Of a DNA stretch of 45,813 nucleotides, positions 10,266 to 19,307 are shown in pieces. Source of the stretch: an uncultured Clostridia bacterium (lineage in GTDB: Bacteria > Bacillota > Clostridia > Acetivibrionales > CALMWN01); NCBI GenBank assembly GCA_937873555.1, contig CALMWN010000410.1:1-45813 (forward strand). Direction: 5' to 3'. Position 1 is the stretch's first letter, and each line of letters starts with the position of its first letter. The position numbers and the translations under genes were made by a program. The notes under the pieces are model-generated. The model saw only the letters and a program-made list of their open reading frames with translations, was not told the origin of the DNA and did no database searches.

Positions 10266-11468
10266 CACCTGACTAAAACAAAATAAAACTATGAGATATG
10301 AAGATATTCAAGATTTAGGGGGGCTATATGAACGTTGTTTCTAAAATATTGAACAAATTTGATGAACAAGAAAAATTTAAATTAAATGTATCTATCTTTG
10401 ATTATAGTATAGAGATATTTAGCACAAGTCAAGAAGCTCTAAATTATTTAAAAGAATTATTTTACCCGGATAATACTAATTGCCTATCTCAAAATAAAGT
10501 GTTTTTAGGGAAGAGAGATTTACTTATTAAAAATATAAATATGGATGAAAGTGAACTTAAAGATATAATGCATAATATTATAATAAGTTGGATTTATTTA
10601 GGAATAGTTCATCCAATAAAAACTGCAGAAGTTAAAAAATATATATATAATTCTTGGCAAGCATACATACAGTCCAATAAAGATAAACATTCTAACCCTT
10701 ACATACTTTTCAAAAGAGAAAATGAAATAATTATCATAACGACTAAAGGTTTTAATAATTATAAATTGCTTTCCTGGATAGTACGAGAAATTGCTGGGCG
10801 CAGATTAGAGAATAATGGGTATTCCATTTTTCATGCAGGCGCAGTCAATATAAATGGCAAAGGAGTTGCAATTTTTGGTAATTCTGGTGCAGGAAAAACT
10901 ACTTTAGCTTTAGGTCTATGTAAATATGAAGGTGCAAAATATATTTCTAGCGACAGACTTTATATTAAGAACAACGATATTAATAATTGTTTAGAATCTA
11001 CATCATTTAGTTTTCCTATACGTATAAACTATGGAACTTTATTAACACTTCAAGAAATGAATAATTACGAAAAATGGAATTTGCAAACACCAGTTCCTGG
11101 CGAAGATACTACTTGGAAACAATTTGATGGTAAAGATAAGCTTGAGATTACACCTTATGAGCTCGAACAAAAATTATTATTACAAGTTAGCGCTAAAACA
11201 AACATTGATATTGTAATATTTTTGAATTTATTAACTAACTCAAATATGAACGAGTATATTTATGAGACTAATTCTGAACTTTTAGAGACAAATTGCTGGA
11301 CACCAACTGATCCATCATTCGCATATGATTGGCTGTCACAACGCAATATTTCTGATGAGTTACTTTTACATAGCTCAAAGAAGATCATTAATAGTCTAAT
11401 GAATTTAACAAATATTAAAGTTAAATATTCATTTTTACATTTCAGAGATTTATGTAAAGAAATAGCTA
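10266..11468. repeat. direct repeat copy 1 (1203 bp) containing the kinase-like gene
   Basis: Offset of exactly 2976 bp to 13242..14444. The encoded proteins are identical over 380 aa and the nucleotides matched wherever I spot-checked. Confidence 0.85.
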
Positions 11469-11479
11469 GATTGACCTGA
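10328..11479 (+). CDS. HPr-kinase-fold P-loop protein, copy 1 (last codons replaced by IS sequence)
   Basis: FHAGAVNINGKGVAIFGNSGAGKTTLALGL...SSDRLYI resembles the HPr kinase/phosphorylase C-terminal domain. The native C-terminus is cut 6 codons before the stop by the IS at 11469. Confidence 0.65.
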   Translation: MNVVSKILNKFDEQEKFKLNVSIFDYSIEIFSTSQEALNYLKELFYPDNTNCLSQNKVFLGKRDLLIKNINMDESELKDIMHNIIISWIYLGIVHPIKTAEVKKYIYNSWQAYIQSNKDKHSNPYILFKRENEIIIITTKGFNNYKLLSWIVREIAGRRLENNGYSIFHAGAVNINGKGVAIFGNSGAGKTTLALGLCKYEGAKYISSDRLYIKNNDINNCLESTSFSFPIRINYGTLLTLQEMNNYEKWNLQTPVPGEDTTWKQFDGKDKLEITPYELEQKLLLQVSAKTNIDIVIFLNLLTNSNMNEYIYETNSELLETNCWTPTDPSFAYDWLSQRNISDELLLHSSKKIINSLMNLTNIKVKYSFLHFRDLCKEIARLT

Positions 11480-13054
11480 TAAAAACAGTTTTCATGAAGT
11501 AACATACTTCAGAAGTATAAATTTATTGATCTTTGACACTTGAATATGTGAGAAACCAGGCTCCTTTTGCTCCTTTATGCCATCATCTTGGCTACTTGCC
11601 TTAGATTATGGGCAAGAATACCCAAGCCGGTCCATATTTGCGTTTTCCGATATCTATTCAGCATGCTACAGTTTAATCCGAACCGGCGTTTTAAGCAACT
11701 AATACGGCCTTCGATTCCTGATCGCCATCGTTTTAATCGTCGGAATGTCGGAGTGTTTTCACATATATGGTTCGCTCTTTGGACTTTCTACCAATCTTGG
11801 GTATGCAAACATGCTTAACACCAGCTCCGTATGCTAATTCCTCATTGTCGGAATCTTAATATCCTCGATCAAGTGCCATCTCTGATGGGGCCTGACCGAA
11901 TAAGTCAACATGCTTTTGCAGAGCATCATTCACCAGAATTTTGTCGCATGGATTGCCCTTATACAGTTGGTAGCCTGTTATGATCCCGCCATCTACCTCC
12001 TGTATTTGTAACTTGTATCCGAATTCAACACGCTTCCCAAGCTTACCTTTGACAATGGGGCGGGCGTCAGGATATTTGAAACTGATAAGGCGGTCGGCAA
12101 GTTTTGTATTCCCGGCATTGACGGATTCGCTTTGTTCAATGATCTTACGGACCTTTTTGGCGGTGTCCAGCAAGTTACCACAGATCTTTCGGTCATTCTT
12201 TGTTTCAGGAATCAGCTTCTTTGCCAAACGGTCTGTCTGGATCAAGACTTTCCCGGCTTCTACGGCCATCTGTCCAGTGATTTTCCGAACTTTCGTGCGG
12301 GCATCCTCTGTTCTGCGGCGGAGTACCTTGTTGATGGACAGCAAGTGGTCCTTCATTTTACGAATCGATGTCGTACTTTGTAGGGAAGCCTTTCCACAAG
12401 CTTGTTTTATGCGGGTGACTGCTTTTGTTAGCTTTTTTAAGCCTTCGTAAAGCAGGCCGCATCCGTAGGGTGGACGATATTGGCCTCCACTACCGTTGAA
12501 TCAACCCGAGTCTTACGACCTTTTAGAGGTTTCATCTGCGCCAGGGATTTCAGCAGTTTTTGATTCATCTCTTCGATGACTTCCTCGCCATACTTGGTGG
12601 TAATTTTCATTAAGGCGGTAGGATCCGGTACTTTCTGCACAATTGGGATACGACAGAAAAATCGATACATGAGGTTATGAGTAACTTCGGGGGCAGATCT
12701 TCATAGCTCAGTCCAGTGTAATGCTTGAGAAACATCATGTGGATGTATACACGAGCCGGTACGGATGGGCGTCCACACTGGGTATTAAACCGATCAACGA
12801 TGGGATATTCGTATGATTTGTCCTGTAAATATTTAACAATCTTCTCAAGTTCGGGAGTAAGCCGGTATGTGGCTTCTGATATAAGGAATTGTGCTAGGGT
12901 TGGCTGATTCCAATCTGGATAATCGAGTATCAGCATAGCTATTACCTTTTGTAATTTTTGTATTGTGCTGTATTATTCGACATCTGGAGTTAAAATTTCT
13001 GCCTCAAACTCACTATATTCAAGGTTTTCAAGGATCATTTATCAGGTGAAACTA
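11469..13054 (-). mobile_element. IS5/IS1182-family insertion sequence with a degraded transposase
   Basis: Imperfect terminal inverted repeats (GATTGACCTGATAAA at the left, TTTATCAGGTGAAACTA at the right). Flanked by a 4-bp direct repeat (GCTA or CTAG, register ambiguous). Removing it restores the kinase reading frame. Confidence 0.65.
11560..12936 (-). pseudogene. IS5/IS1182-family DDE transposase, multiple frameshifts
   Basis: Collinear minus-strand ORF pieces (12610..12936, 12437..12670, 11856..12356 and a further out-of-frame tail). They carry CGRPSVPARVYIHMMFLKH (InsH N-terminal type) and DSTVVEANIVHPTDA. Confidence 0.7.
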
Positions 13055-13096
13055 GCTAGTATTGCCAGAAGTTTATAAATTAATTTGTTACGATAT

Positions 13097-13130
13097 AAAA
13101 AAGCGTTTTTTCACTTCTGAGAAAAAACGC
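13097..13130 (-). terminator. orphan rho-independent terminator-like hairpin
   Basis: 10-bp perfect stem GCGTTTTTTC/GAAAAAACGC with an 8-nt loop. An A6 run on the plus side gives a U-tract on the minus strand. No minus-strand gene feeds into it. Confidence 0.35.
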
Positions 13131-13241
13131 AAGAAGGCAAATTGAGTGTGAAAAAACTTGTTTTTTACATCGCCTGAATGGCTGAAATGTAAGGTTGAAA
13201 AATGGACTAACGTTCAAACTGGTATATAATTGGGGTCAGGT

Positions 13242-14444
13242 CACCTGACTAAAACAAAATAAAACTATGAGATATGAAGATATTCAAGATTTAGGGGGGC
13301 TATATGAACGTTGTTTCTAAAATATTGAACAAATTTGATGAACAAGAAAAATTTAAATTAAATGTATCTATCTTTGATTATAGTATAGAGATATTTAGCA
13401 CAAGTCAAGAAGCTCTAAATTATTTAAAAGAATTATTTTACCCGGATAATACTAATTGCCTATCTCAAAATAAAGTGTTTTTAGGGAAGAGAGATTTACT
13501 TATTAAAAATATAAATATGGATGAAAGTGAACTTAAAGATATAATGCATAATATTATAATAAGTTGGATTTATTTAGGAATAGTTCATCCAATAAAAACT
13601 GCAGAAGTTAAAAAATATATATATAATTCTTGGCAAGCATACATACAGTCCAATAAAGATAAACATTCTAACCCTTACATACTTTTCAAAAGAGAAAATG
13701 AAATAATTATCATAACGACTAAAGGTTTTAATAATTATAAATTGCTTTCCTGGATAGTACGAGAAATTGCTGGGCGCAGATTAGAGAATAATGGGTATTC
13801 CATTTTTCATGCAGGCGCAGTCAATATAAATGGCAAAGGAGTTGCAATTTTTGGTAATTCTGGTGCAGGAAAAACTACTTTAGCTTTAGGTCTATGTAAA
13901 TATGAAGGTGCAAAATATATTTCTAGCGACAGACTTTATATTAAGAACAACGATATTAATAATTGTTTAGAATCTACATCATTTAGTTTTCCTATACGTA
14001 TAAACTATGGAACTTTATTAACACTTCAAGAAATGAATAATTACGAAAAATGGAATTTGCAAACACCAGTTCCTGGCGAAGATACTACTTGGAAACAATT
14101 TGATGGTAAAGATAAGCTTGAGATTACACCTTATGAGCTCGAACAAAAATTATTATTACAAGTTAGCGCTAAAACAAACATTGATATTGTAATATTTTTG
14201 AATTTATTAACTAACTCAAATATGAACGAGTATATTTATGAGACTAATTCTGAACTTTTAGAGACAAATTGCTGGACACCAACTGATCCATCATTCGCAT
14301 ATGATTGGCTGTCACAACGCAATATTTCTGATGAGTTACTTTTACATAGCTCAAAGAAGATCATTAATAGTCTAATGAATTTAACAAATATTAAAGTTAA
14401 ATATTCATTTTTACATTTCAGAGATTTATGTAAAGAAATAGCTA
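13242..14444. repeat. direct repeat copy 2 (1203 bp)
   Basis: See copy 1. Identity ends at the position equivalent to the IS insertion point in copy 1. Confidence 0.85.
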
Positions 14445-14464
14445 ACATTACCAGAAGTTTATAA
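13304..14464 (+). CDS. HPr-kinase-fold P-loop protein, copy 2 (intact)
   Basis: 386 aa, identical to copy 1 up to ...CKEIA, then the native end NITRSL. AGGGGGG lies 5 nt upstream of the ATG. Confidence 0.7.
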   Translation: MNVVSKILNKFDEQEKFKLNVSIFDYSIEIFSTSQEALNYLKELFYPDNTNCLSQNKVFLGKRDLLIKNINMDESELKDIMHNIIISWIYLGIVHPIKTAEVKKYIYNSWQAYIQSNKDKHSNPYILFKRENEIIIITTKGFNNYKLLSWIVREIAGRRLENNGYSIFHAGAVNINGKGVAIFGNSGAGKTTLALGLCKYEGAKYISSDRLYIKNNDINNCLESTSFSFPIRINYGTLLTLQEMNNYEKWNLQTPVPGEDTTWKQFDGKDKLEITPYELEQKLLLQVSAKTNIDIVIFLNLLTNSNMNEYIYETNSELLETNCWTPTDPSFAYDWLSQRNISDELLLHSSKKIINSLMNLTNIKVKYSFLHFRDLCKEIANITRSL

Positions 14465-14638
14465 ATTAAATTTGTTACTTTCCATTAGCCCTCTATCATA
14501 CTATTTTTGTGAAATGCTTATGCAGACTAATTAGGCATTTATCTTTAAAAGCAATTTTGTGAATCAATGTGCGGATATTTTATAATGACCCCAGAAAACA
14601 AGACAGACAAAGCAGCCCAAATAAGTTAGAATGTAATT

Positions 14639-14722
14639 ATGGATAAGAGAAGAAACTTTACACCCGAACAAAAAGCAAAAATCGTTATGGAAGTCTTACG
14701 GGAAGAAAGAACACTGAATTGA
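14639..14722 (+). pseudogene. IS3-family OrfA remnant (first 27 codons only)
   Basis: MDKRRNFTPEQKAKIVMEVLREERTLN followed by a stop, the N-terminal HTH of IS3/IS911-type OrfA. Confidence 0.55.
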
Positions 14723-14909
14723 TGAACCGGACAAACAATGGAAACCAAAAACGCATGCAGCAAGCAAAATTTCCTCAACACAAGAGCATGGAAGAATTTA
14801 ATTTCAACTATCAGCCAAGTATCAACCGCCAAACCATATATAACCTGGGTGCCTGCGAGTTCATCCGGAAGAATGAGAATATAGCCTTTATTGGTCCGAC
14901 CGGTACCGG
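14719..14909 (+). pseudogene. istB: IS21-family IstB helper ATPase, 5' fragment (5'-truncated, then interrupted in the Walker A motif)
   Basis: AKFPQHKSMEEFNFNYQPSINRQ...IAFIGPTGTG matches IstB up to the first half of the P-loop. Continuation is at 18427. Confidence 0.75.
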
Positions 14910-14925
14910 ATATGACAACATTTTA

Positions 14926-14992
14926 GTTATGTAAAGATTTTGCCGAGAATGCCAGTAATAATAGGAGCTTTTAGCAAAAAACTTTACATAAC
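14926..14992. repeat. left subterminal 67-bp palindromic module of the RIT element
   Basis: Bounded by GTTATGTAAAG (14926-14936) and CTTTACATAAC (14982-14992). Confidence 0.75.
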
Positions 14993-15068
14993 AGTTTAAT
15001 ATAAATATAGTTCAAGATAAATTTGATACATACTCCTTTTATCATATAAAATAAAGGAGTGTTGTCAA

Positions 15069-16304
15069 ATGACAGATCAAAAAACAATTCTTGAGCTGAT
15101 TGAAACCGTGAGCAAAGAGATGCGCGAGCTGGAGTATTCAGAAAAAACCCTGACATCATATGAAAAGGTTTGGAAGTCATTCAAAGCCTTTGCCAAAAAG
15201 AAAAACATCAATTTCTATTCAACCGAAGTTGGGCTTGCGTTTTTAGAGCAGAAGTGCAAATTCGTTTCCAAATACCCAGTAAAATATACTATGGAAGAAA
15301 AGGTAAGAGCAGTCAATAGGATTGACGAGTACTACAAATATAGCATAATTTCAACCAAAAGAGCTCATAGAAAAAAATATACTTTTCCGGAGGTGTTCAG
15401 GGAACAAGTCCACTCATATATAGTTTACAGAAAGACAGAAGGCTTATCGGATAGTCGGATTAAAGCCATCAGTGCATACATGGAGCGATTTACCAATTAT
15501 TTGTATGACATTGGCCTGCGAAAGATTGCAGAACTGGACGTCTCTCATATTCATGGTTTCATTGAATTCTCCACCAAATATACAGCTTCAACGGTCAGAA
15601 ACACCTTTACATGCCTACGGGGATTTTTATCCTTTATTCATGAGAAAGGCTACCTGGATAAGAATTTAACATTTATGATTCCATTAATACGCATAAGCAG
15701 AGAATGCACAATCCCCTCTGCATATTCAAAAGATGAAGTGGAAAAGATCCTTAATTGTATAGACAGATGCAATACCAAGGGAAAGCGCGATTATGCCATG
15801 CTGCTTCTTGCTGCAAGGCTGGGATTACGTGCTTCCGATATCTGCAGTTTGACTTTCACAAACTTGAATTGGGAACAGAATTTGATCGAAATAGTCCAGG
15901 AAAAAACAAAAAAGACATTGCAATTACCGTTGCTGAACGAAGTTGGTGATGCAATTATCGATTATCTGCATTTCCGTCCGAAAGTTCCACTCAAATATGT
16001 CTTTCTCAGGGTTGAAAATCCACCGGAAAAATTGCACAATCATTCCCTATACGAAATTGTGTCTAAATACATGAGCAGGGCTGGAGTTCACGTCCCACAA
16101 GGCAAAAAACATGGTCCTCATGCATTAAGACATTCTCTCAGCAGTATAATGTTGGAAAACAGAGTTCCTCTGCCGGTGATATCAGAGATATTATCACACA
16201 CCAACTCGGACACTACCAAAATATATTTAAAAATTGATATCTCCCAGCTCAGGGAATGTGCACTCGATGTGCCGGGGATTGAAAATTTGGGTATGGAGGT
16301 GTAA
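15069..16304 (+). CDS. tyrosine recombinase, first of trio (RitA position)
   Basis: 411 aa. C-terminal catalytic pattern ARLGLRASD...HALRHS...LSHTNSDTTKIYLK. Confidence 0.85.
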   Translation: MTDQKTILELIETVSKEMRELEYSEKTLTSYEKVWKSFKAFAKKKNINFYSTEVGLAFLEQKCKFVSKYPVKYTMEEKVRAVNRIDEYYKYSIISTKRAHRKKYTFPEVFREQVHSYIVYRKTEGLSDSRIKAISAYMERFTNYLYDIGLRKIAELDVSHIHGFIEFSTKYTASTVRNTFTCLRGFLSFIHEKGYLDKNLTFMIPLIRISRECTIPSAYSKDEVEKILNCIDRCNTKGKRDYAMLLLAARLGLRASDICSLTFTNLNWEQNLIEIVQEKTKKTLQLPLLNEVGDAIIDYLHFRPKVPLKYVFLRVENPPEKLHNHSLYEIVSKYMSRAGVHVPQGKKHGPHALRHSLSSIMLENRVPLPVISEILSHTNSDTTKIYLKIDISQLRECALDVPGIENLGMEV

Positions 16305-16309
16305 GAGTT

Positions 16310-17302
16310 ATGGTCAACATGAATATCAACAATGAAAATATAGCTTTTTACAAAAATCTCGTCGCGCAGTTCCTATCCTACAAACGGGCGCAGGGATACA
16401 AATATAAAGCAAACGAGGAAAGTTTGAACAGATTCATCAAGTTTTTAGTTGCCTTCGGACTGACGGAATGCCGACTCTCAAAGGAACTGGTTGAAGCATA
16501 TGCCATCAAGCGCCCCGACGAGGCACCCAAGAATCATGCAAACAGGGTAAGCGATTTTAGACAGTTCGTCATATATTTGAATGAGCTCGGGTACGAGGCA
16601 TATATTCCAACTGTAAGCAAGGTCTCAAAACGCTCATCATCCTTCGTCCCGTACATATTTACACATGATGAGATTTCAAGAATTTTTCAGGTGGTTGACA
16701 GGTTGAAGCCCAATTCACGTTACAACAGTGCGATTGTTTATCCGGTATTGATAAGAATGCTATACGGATGTGGTTTGAGAATTTCGGAAGCACTTGATTT
16801 GAGAGTGGGAGATGTAGATTTGGTCAATGGTGTCCTGACTATAAAAAAATCAAAATTTGATAAGGACAGGCTTATACCCATGTCGGAGTCTTTGAATTCC
16901 ATATGCAAAAGATTCCTCAAGCAGATGCACAAGAACTCAGCCGAAAATGACTACTTTTTTAAAAACAGAAATGGCAGCCGACGTAGTAAAAACACAGTAT
17001 ACCATCGATTTCGTGAAATTCTTTGGTCAAGTGGAATTTCTTACGGTGGTAAAGGCAAAGGGCCGAGACTTCATGATATGAGGCATGTATTTTGCTGTCA
17101 TTCATTAAAAGAAATCTCCGATAAAGGCATTGACTTGTACTGCGCATTACCGGTATTATCCACCTACCTGGGGCATAGTTCGGTAACGGCAACAGAAAAA
17201 TATCTCAGACTAACAGAGGAATTATACCCCGACATAATTAAACGCATGAATGGCACCACCTCGTATGTTTACCCGGAGGTGTATAAAGTTGAAGCCTACT
17301 GA
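16310..17302 (+). CDS. tyrosine recombinase, second of trio (RitB position)
   Basis: 330 aa. GCGLRISEAL...HDMRHVF...LGHSSVTATEKYLR. Confidence 0.85.
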   Translation: MVNMNINNENIAFYKNLVAQFLSYKRAQGYKYKANEESLNRFIKFLVAFGLTECRLSKELVEAYAIKRPDEAPKNHANRVSDFRQFVIYLNELGYEAYIPTVSKVSKRSSSFVPYIFTHDEISRIFQVVDRLKPNSRYNSAIVYPVLIRMLYGCGLRISEALDLRVGDVDLVNGVLTIKKSKFDKDRLIPMSESLNSICKRFLKQMHKNSAENDYFFKNRNGSRRSKNTVYHRFREILWSSGISYGGKGKGPRLHDMRHVFCCHSLKEISDKGIDLYCALPVLSTYLGHSSVTATEKYLRLTEELYPDIIKRMNGTTSYVYPEVYKVEAY

Positions 17303-18305
17303 TTTCGCATATTACCTTACTAATTTTCTGTCCAAATACCTGCCGTGCATTGAAGGATGTAGTGTGAATACGATTTCAGCTTATCGGGATGCGTTCAAAT
17401 TGCTGCTGATGTTTGCAAGGGAGAGGGAAGGCATAAAAGAGGAAAAACTGGAACTGTCTCTAATTGACAAAGCCTTCGTCATACGTTTTTTGTTATGGAT
17501 TGAAAATGAACGCGGTTGTGCTGTTATTACAAGAAATCAAAGGTTGGCTGCAATTCATGCGTTCTATTCGTATCTTCAAAGAGAATTGCCGGAACGCATG
17601 TACCAGCTTCAGGAGGTTTTATCAATACCCTTTAAAAAGCACCCACAGAAAACAGTAAATTTCTTCTCAACCGAAGGAATTAAAGCTCTTCTTGCGGAAC
17701 CAAACATAAATACAGAAAGCGGCCGAAAGCATCTTGTGCTTCTAAGCTTAATGTATGCAACCGGCAGCCGTGTACAGGAAATTGCTAATCTGACAGTATC
17801 GGATGTCATGTATAACGGTAATTCTCTTGTGAAGCTGACGGGAAAAGGAAACAAAAGCAGATTTGTACCTCTGGAGCCTCCTGTTGTTAAATTACTCTGC
17901 CAGTATCTCGAAGATTTTTCATTGATTGACCCTTTCAGAAGGATGGAATTGCTGTTTACAAATCACTCACAAAAAAAGTTAACGCGGCAAGGCATAACCC
18001 ATATTCTTAAAAAATATGCTGACAAAGTGAGAAAAAAGCGGCCTGAACTGATACCTGGAACCGTTTCACCGCATTGCCTTCGGCACTCACGAGCAGTCCA
18101 TTGGCTACAGGCTGGAGTGGATTTGATATACATCAGAGATTTATTGGGCCATACCAGTGTTCAAACCAGTGAAATTTATGCACGTATTGATGGGGAAATG
18201 AAAAGAAAAGCTTTAGAAAAAGTTTCTTCACATGCTATCCCAAATGAAATGCCGTCATGGCAAAAAGACAAATCATTAATGGAATGGTTGAAAGAATTGG
18301 ATTAA
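17250..18305 (+). CDS. tyrosine recombinase, third of trio (RitC position)
   Basis: 351 aa. ATGSRVQEI...HCLRHSRAVHW...LGHTSVQTSEIYAR. Overlaps the previous gene; exact start uncertain (17250, 17265 or 17289). Confidence 0.8.
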   Translation: MAPPRMFTRRCIKLKPTDFAYYLTNFLSKYLPCIEGCSVNTISAYRDAFKLLLMFAREREGIKEEKLELSLIDKAFVIRFLLWIENERGCAVITRNQRLAAIHAFYSYLQRELPERMYQLQEVLSIPFKKHPQKTVNFFSTEGIKALLAEPNINTESGRKHLVLLSLMYATGSRVQEIANLTVSDVMYNGNSLVKLTGKGNKSRFVPLEPPVVKLLCQYLEDFSLIDPFRRMELLFTNHSQKKLTRQGITHILKKYADKVRKKRPELIPGTVSPHCLRHSRAVHWLQAGVDLIYIRDLLGHTSVQTSEIYARIDGEMKRKALEKVSSHAIPNEMPSWQKDKSLMEWLKELD

Positions 18306-18315
18306 CTCGTTTATA

Positions 18316-18382
18316 GTTATGTAAAGTTTTTTGCTGGAGGTACTTGATATTATCAGTACTTTCAGCGAAATCTTTACATAAC
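18316..18382. repeat. right subterminal 67-bp palindromic module of the RIT element
   Basis: GTTATGTAAAG (18316-18326) and CTTTACATAAC (18372-18382), the same span as the left module. Confidence 0.75.
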
Positions 18383-18402
18383 CAAATACTTGTCATATCC
18401 GG

Positions 18403-18426
18403 CCTTATGTAAAGATTCACATAAGG
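18403..18426. repeat. 24-nt hairpin between two CCGG copies just outside the RIT right end
   Basis: CCTTATGTAAAGATTCACATAAGG has 8-bp arms and contains the TTATGTAAAGATT core also present in the RIT ends. It is flanked by CCGG at 18399-18402 and 18427-18430. Confidence 0.7.
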
Positions 18427-18947
18427 CCGGGAAAACCCACTTATCCATAGCAATCGGTATTAAAGCTGTTACTCAAGGGTACTCCGTTCTCTTTATCACT
18501 CTGAATGATATGTTAGAAGATCTATATATGTCCCGTGTGGATAATTCATTTGGGCAGCGCCTGAAAAAATATACACAGCCTGACTTATTGGTCATTGATG
18601 AATTGGGTCTTCGAAAGCTAAACCAGACTAGCGTGGATGACTTCTACGAAGTTATTGCAAAGCGTTATGAGCAACGTTCGACTATCATCACCTACAACAA
18701 GACTTTCGAGGAATGGGGCAAAATCCTCTTCGACCCAGTGTTAGCTACCGCTATTCTTGATAGATTCGTCCACTATTGTAATTTCATAGTCATCAATGGT
18801 GACAGTTACAGAATGCGGGAGCGTGAAGGACTTGTTTCTCACACTGGTAAACGAGGGAGACCAAGAAAATCAGCTGTCCCTGAAGAATTGTCCACTGATA
18901 ATGTCGGACTGGAAGTCGAAGAAACGGAGGAGGAAACATTAAGATGA
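18427..18947 (+). pseudogene. istB: IS21-family IstB, 3' part
   Basis: Joining ...GGTACCGG (14902-14909) to GAAAACCCAC (18431-18440) restores GPTGTGKTHLSIAIG (Walker A). Downstream LLVIDELG is the Walker B. Confidence 0.75.
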
Positions 18948-19246
18948 TAAATCCGACATATGAACAATTACTGGATTTTTACTATGATTTTCTTTCACGC
19001 CAGCAAGAGCAGGAACAAGAAGAACAGGATATTATCGAGTTACTGCAGGCATTATTACAAGGCTATCATCTTCTGTCAGATAACATTGTAGAACTTCGAG
19101 ACACGATTAACAAACAATGTGTTCAAATGACAAGGGCGGGTATTATTAAATATTGCAAATTGCCTTTCTATGATTTATACAGCGACATAGGAGAAAATTT
19201 TACGCATTACAAGGCATATCAGAGATTTGTGACTTATTTAGATTAA
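18944..19246 (+). CDS. hypothetical protein coupled to istB
   Basis: 100-aa ORF whose ATG overlaps the istB stop (ATGA). Gln/Glu-rich segment; no recognisable motif. Confidence 0.35.
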   Translation: MINPTYEQLLDFYYDFLSRQQEQEQEEQDIIELLQALLQGYHLLSDNIVELRDTINKQCVQMTRAGIIKYCKLPFYDLYSDIGENFTHYKAYQRFVTYLD

Positions 19247-19307
19247 AGTAACCGTCTTGATATCAACAAAGACACCGGCAGTAGAGTAAAATAGGCAGTG
19301 TTTATGC

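Larger units (their letters stand above)
14910..18398 (+). mobile_element. RIT (recombinase-in-trio) element
   Basis: Three consecutive overlapping tyrosine-recombinase genes. About 29-bp terminal inverted repeats (ATATGACAACATTTTAGTTATGTAAAGAT vs reverse complement ATATGACAAGTATTTGGTTATGTAAAGAT). CCGG on both flanks. Confidence 0.8.

Noticed and set aside
10262-10280. Start of the 1203-bp repeat (TAGTCACGGAGACACCTGACTAAAAC) resembling the IS5-like terminal repeat (TAGTTTCACCTGATAAA), as evidence for a solo IS end
   Set aside because: The similarity is limited to CACCTGA plus a few A/T positions. That is too weak to call without a statistical alignment.
10291-10344. 17-codon ORF MRYEDIQDLGGLYERCF with a double-glycine-like motif, as a possible precursor peptide for the radical SAM/kinase pair
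   Set aside because: No ribosome-binding site. It overlaps the kinase start and its SD, and an ORF this short is expected by chance. Similarly, MCIGVKCS at about 9099-9125 has no SD.
11567-12450. Plus-strand ORFs inside the IS5-like element (11567..11818, 11980..12450, 12132..12383)
   Set aside because: They are antisense shadows of the decayed minus-strand transposase. Their Pro/Ser/Arg-rich composition is typical of the reverse frame of a GC-richer gene.
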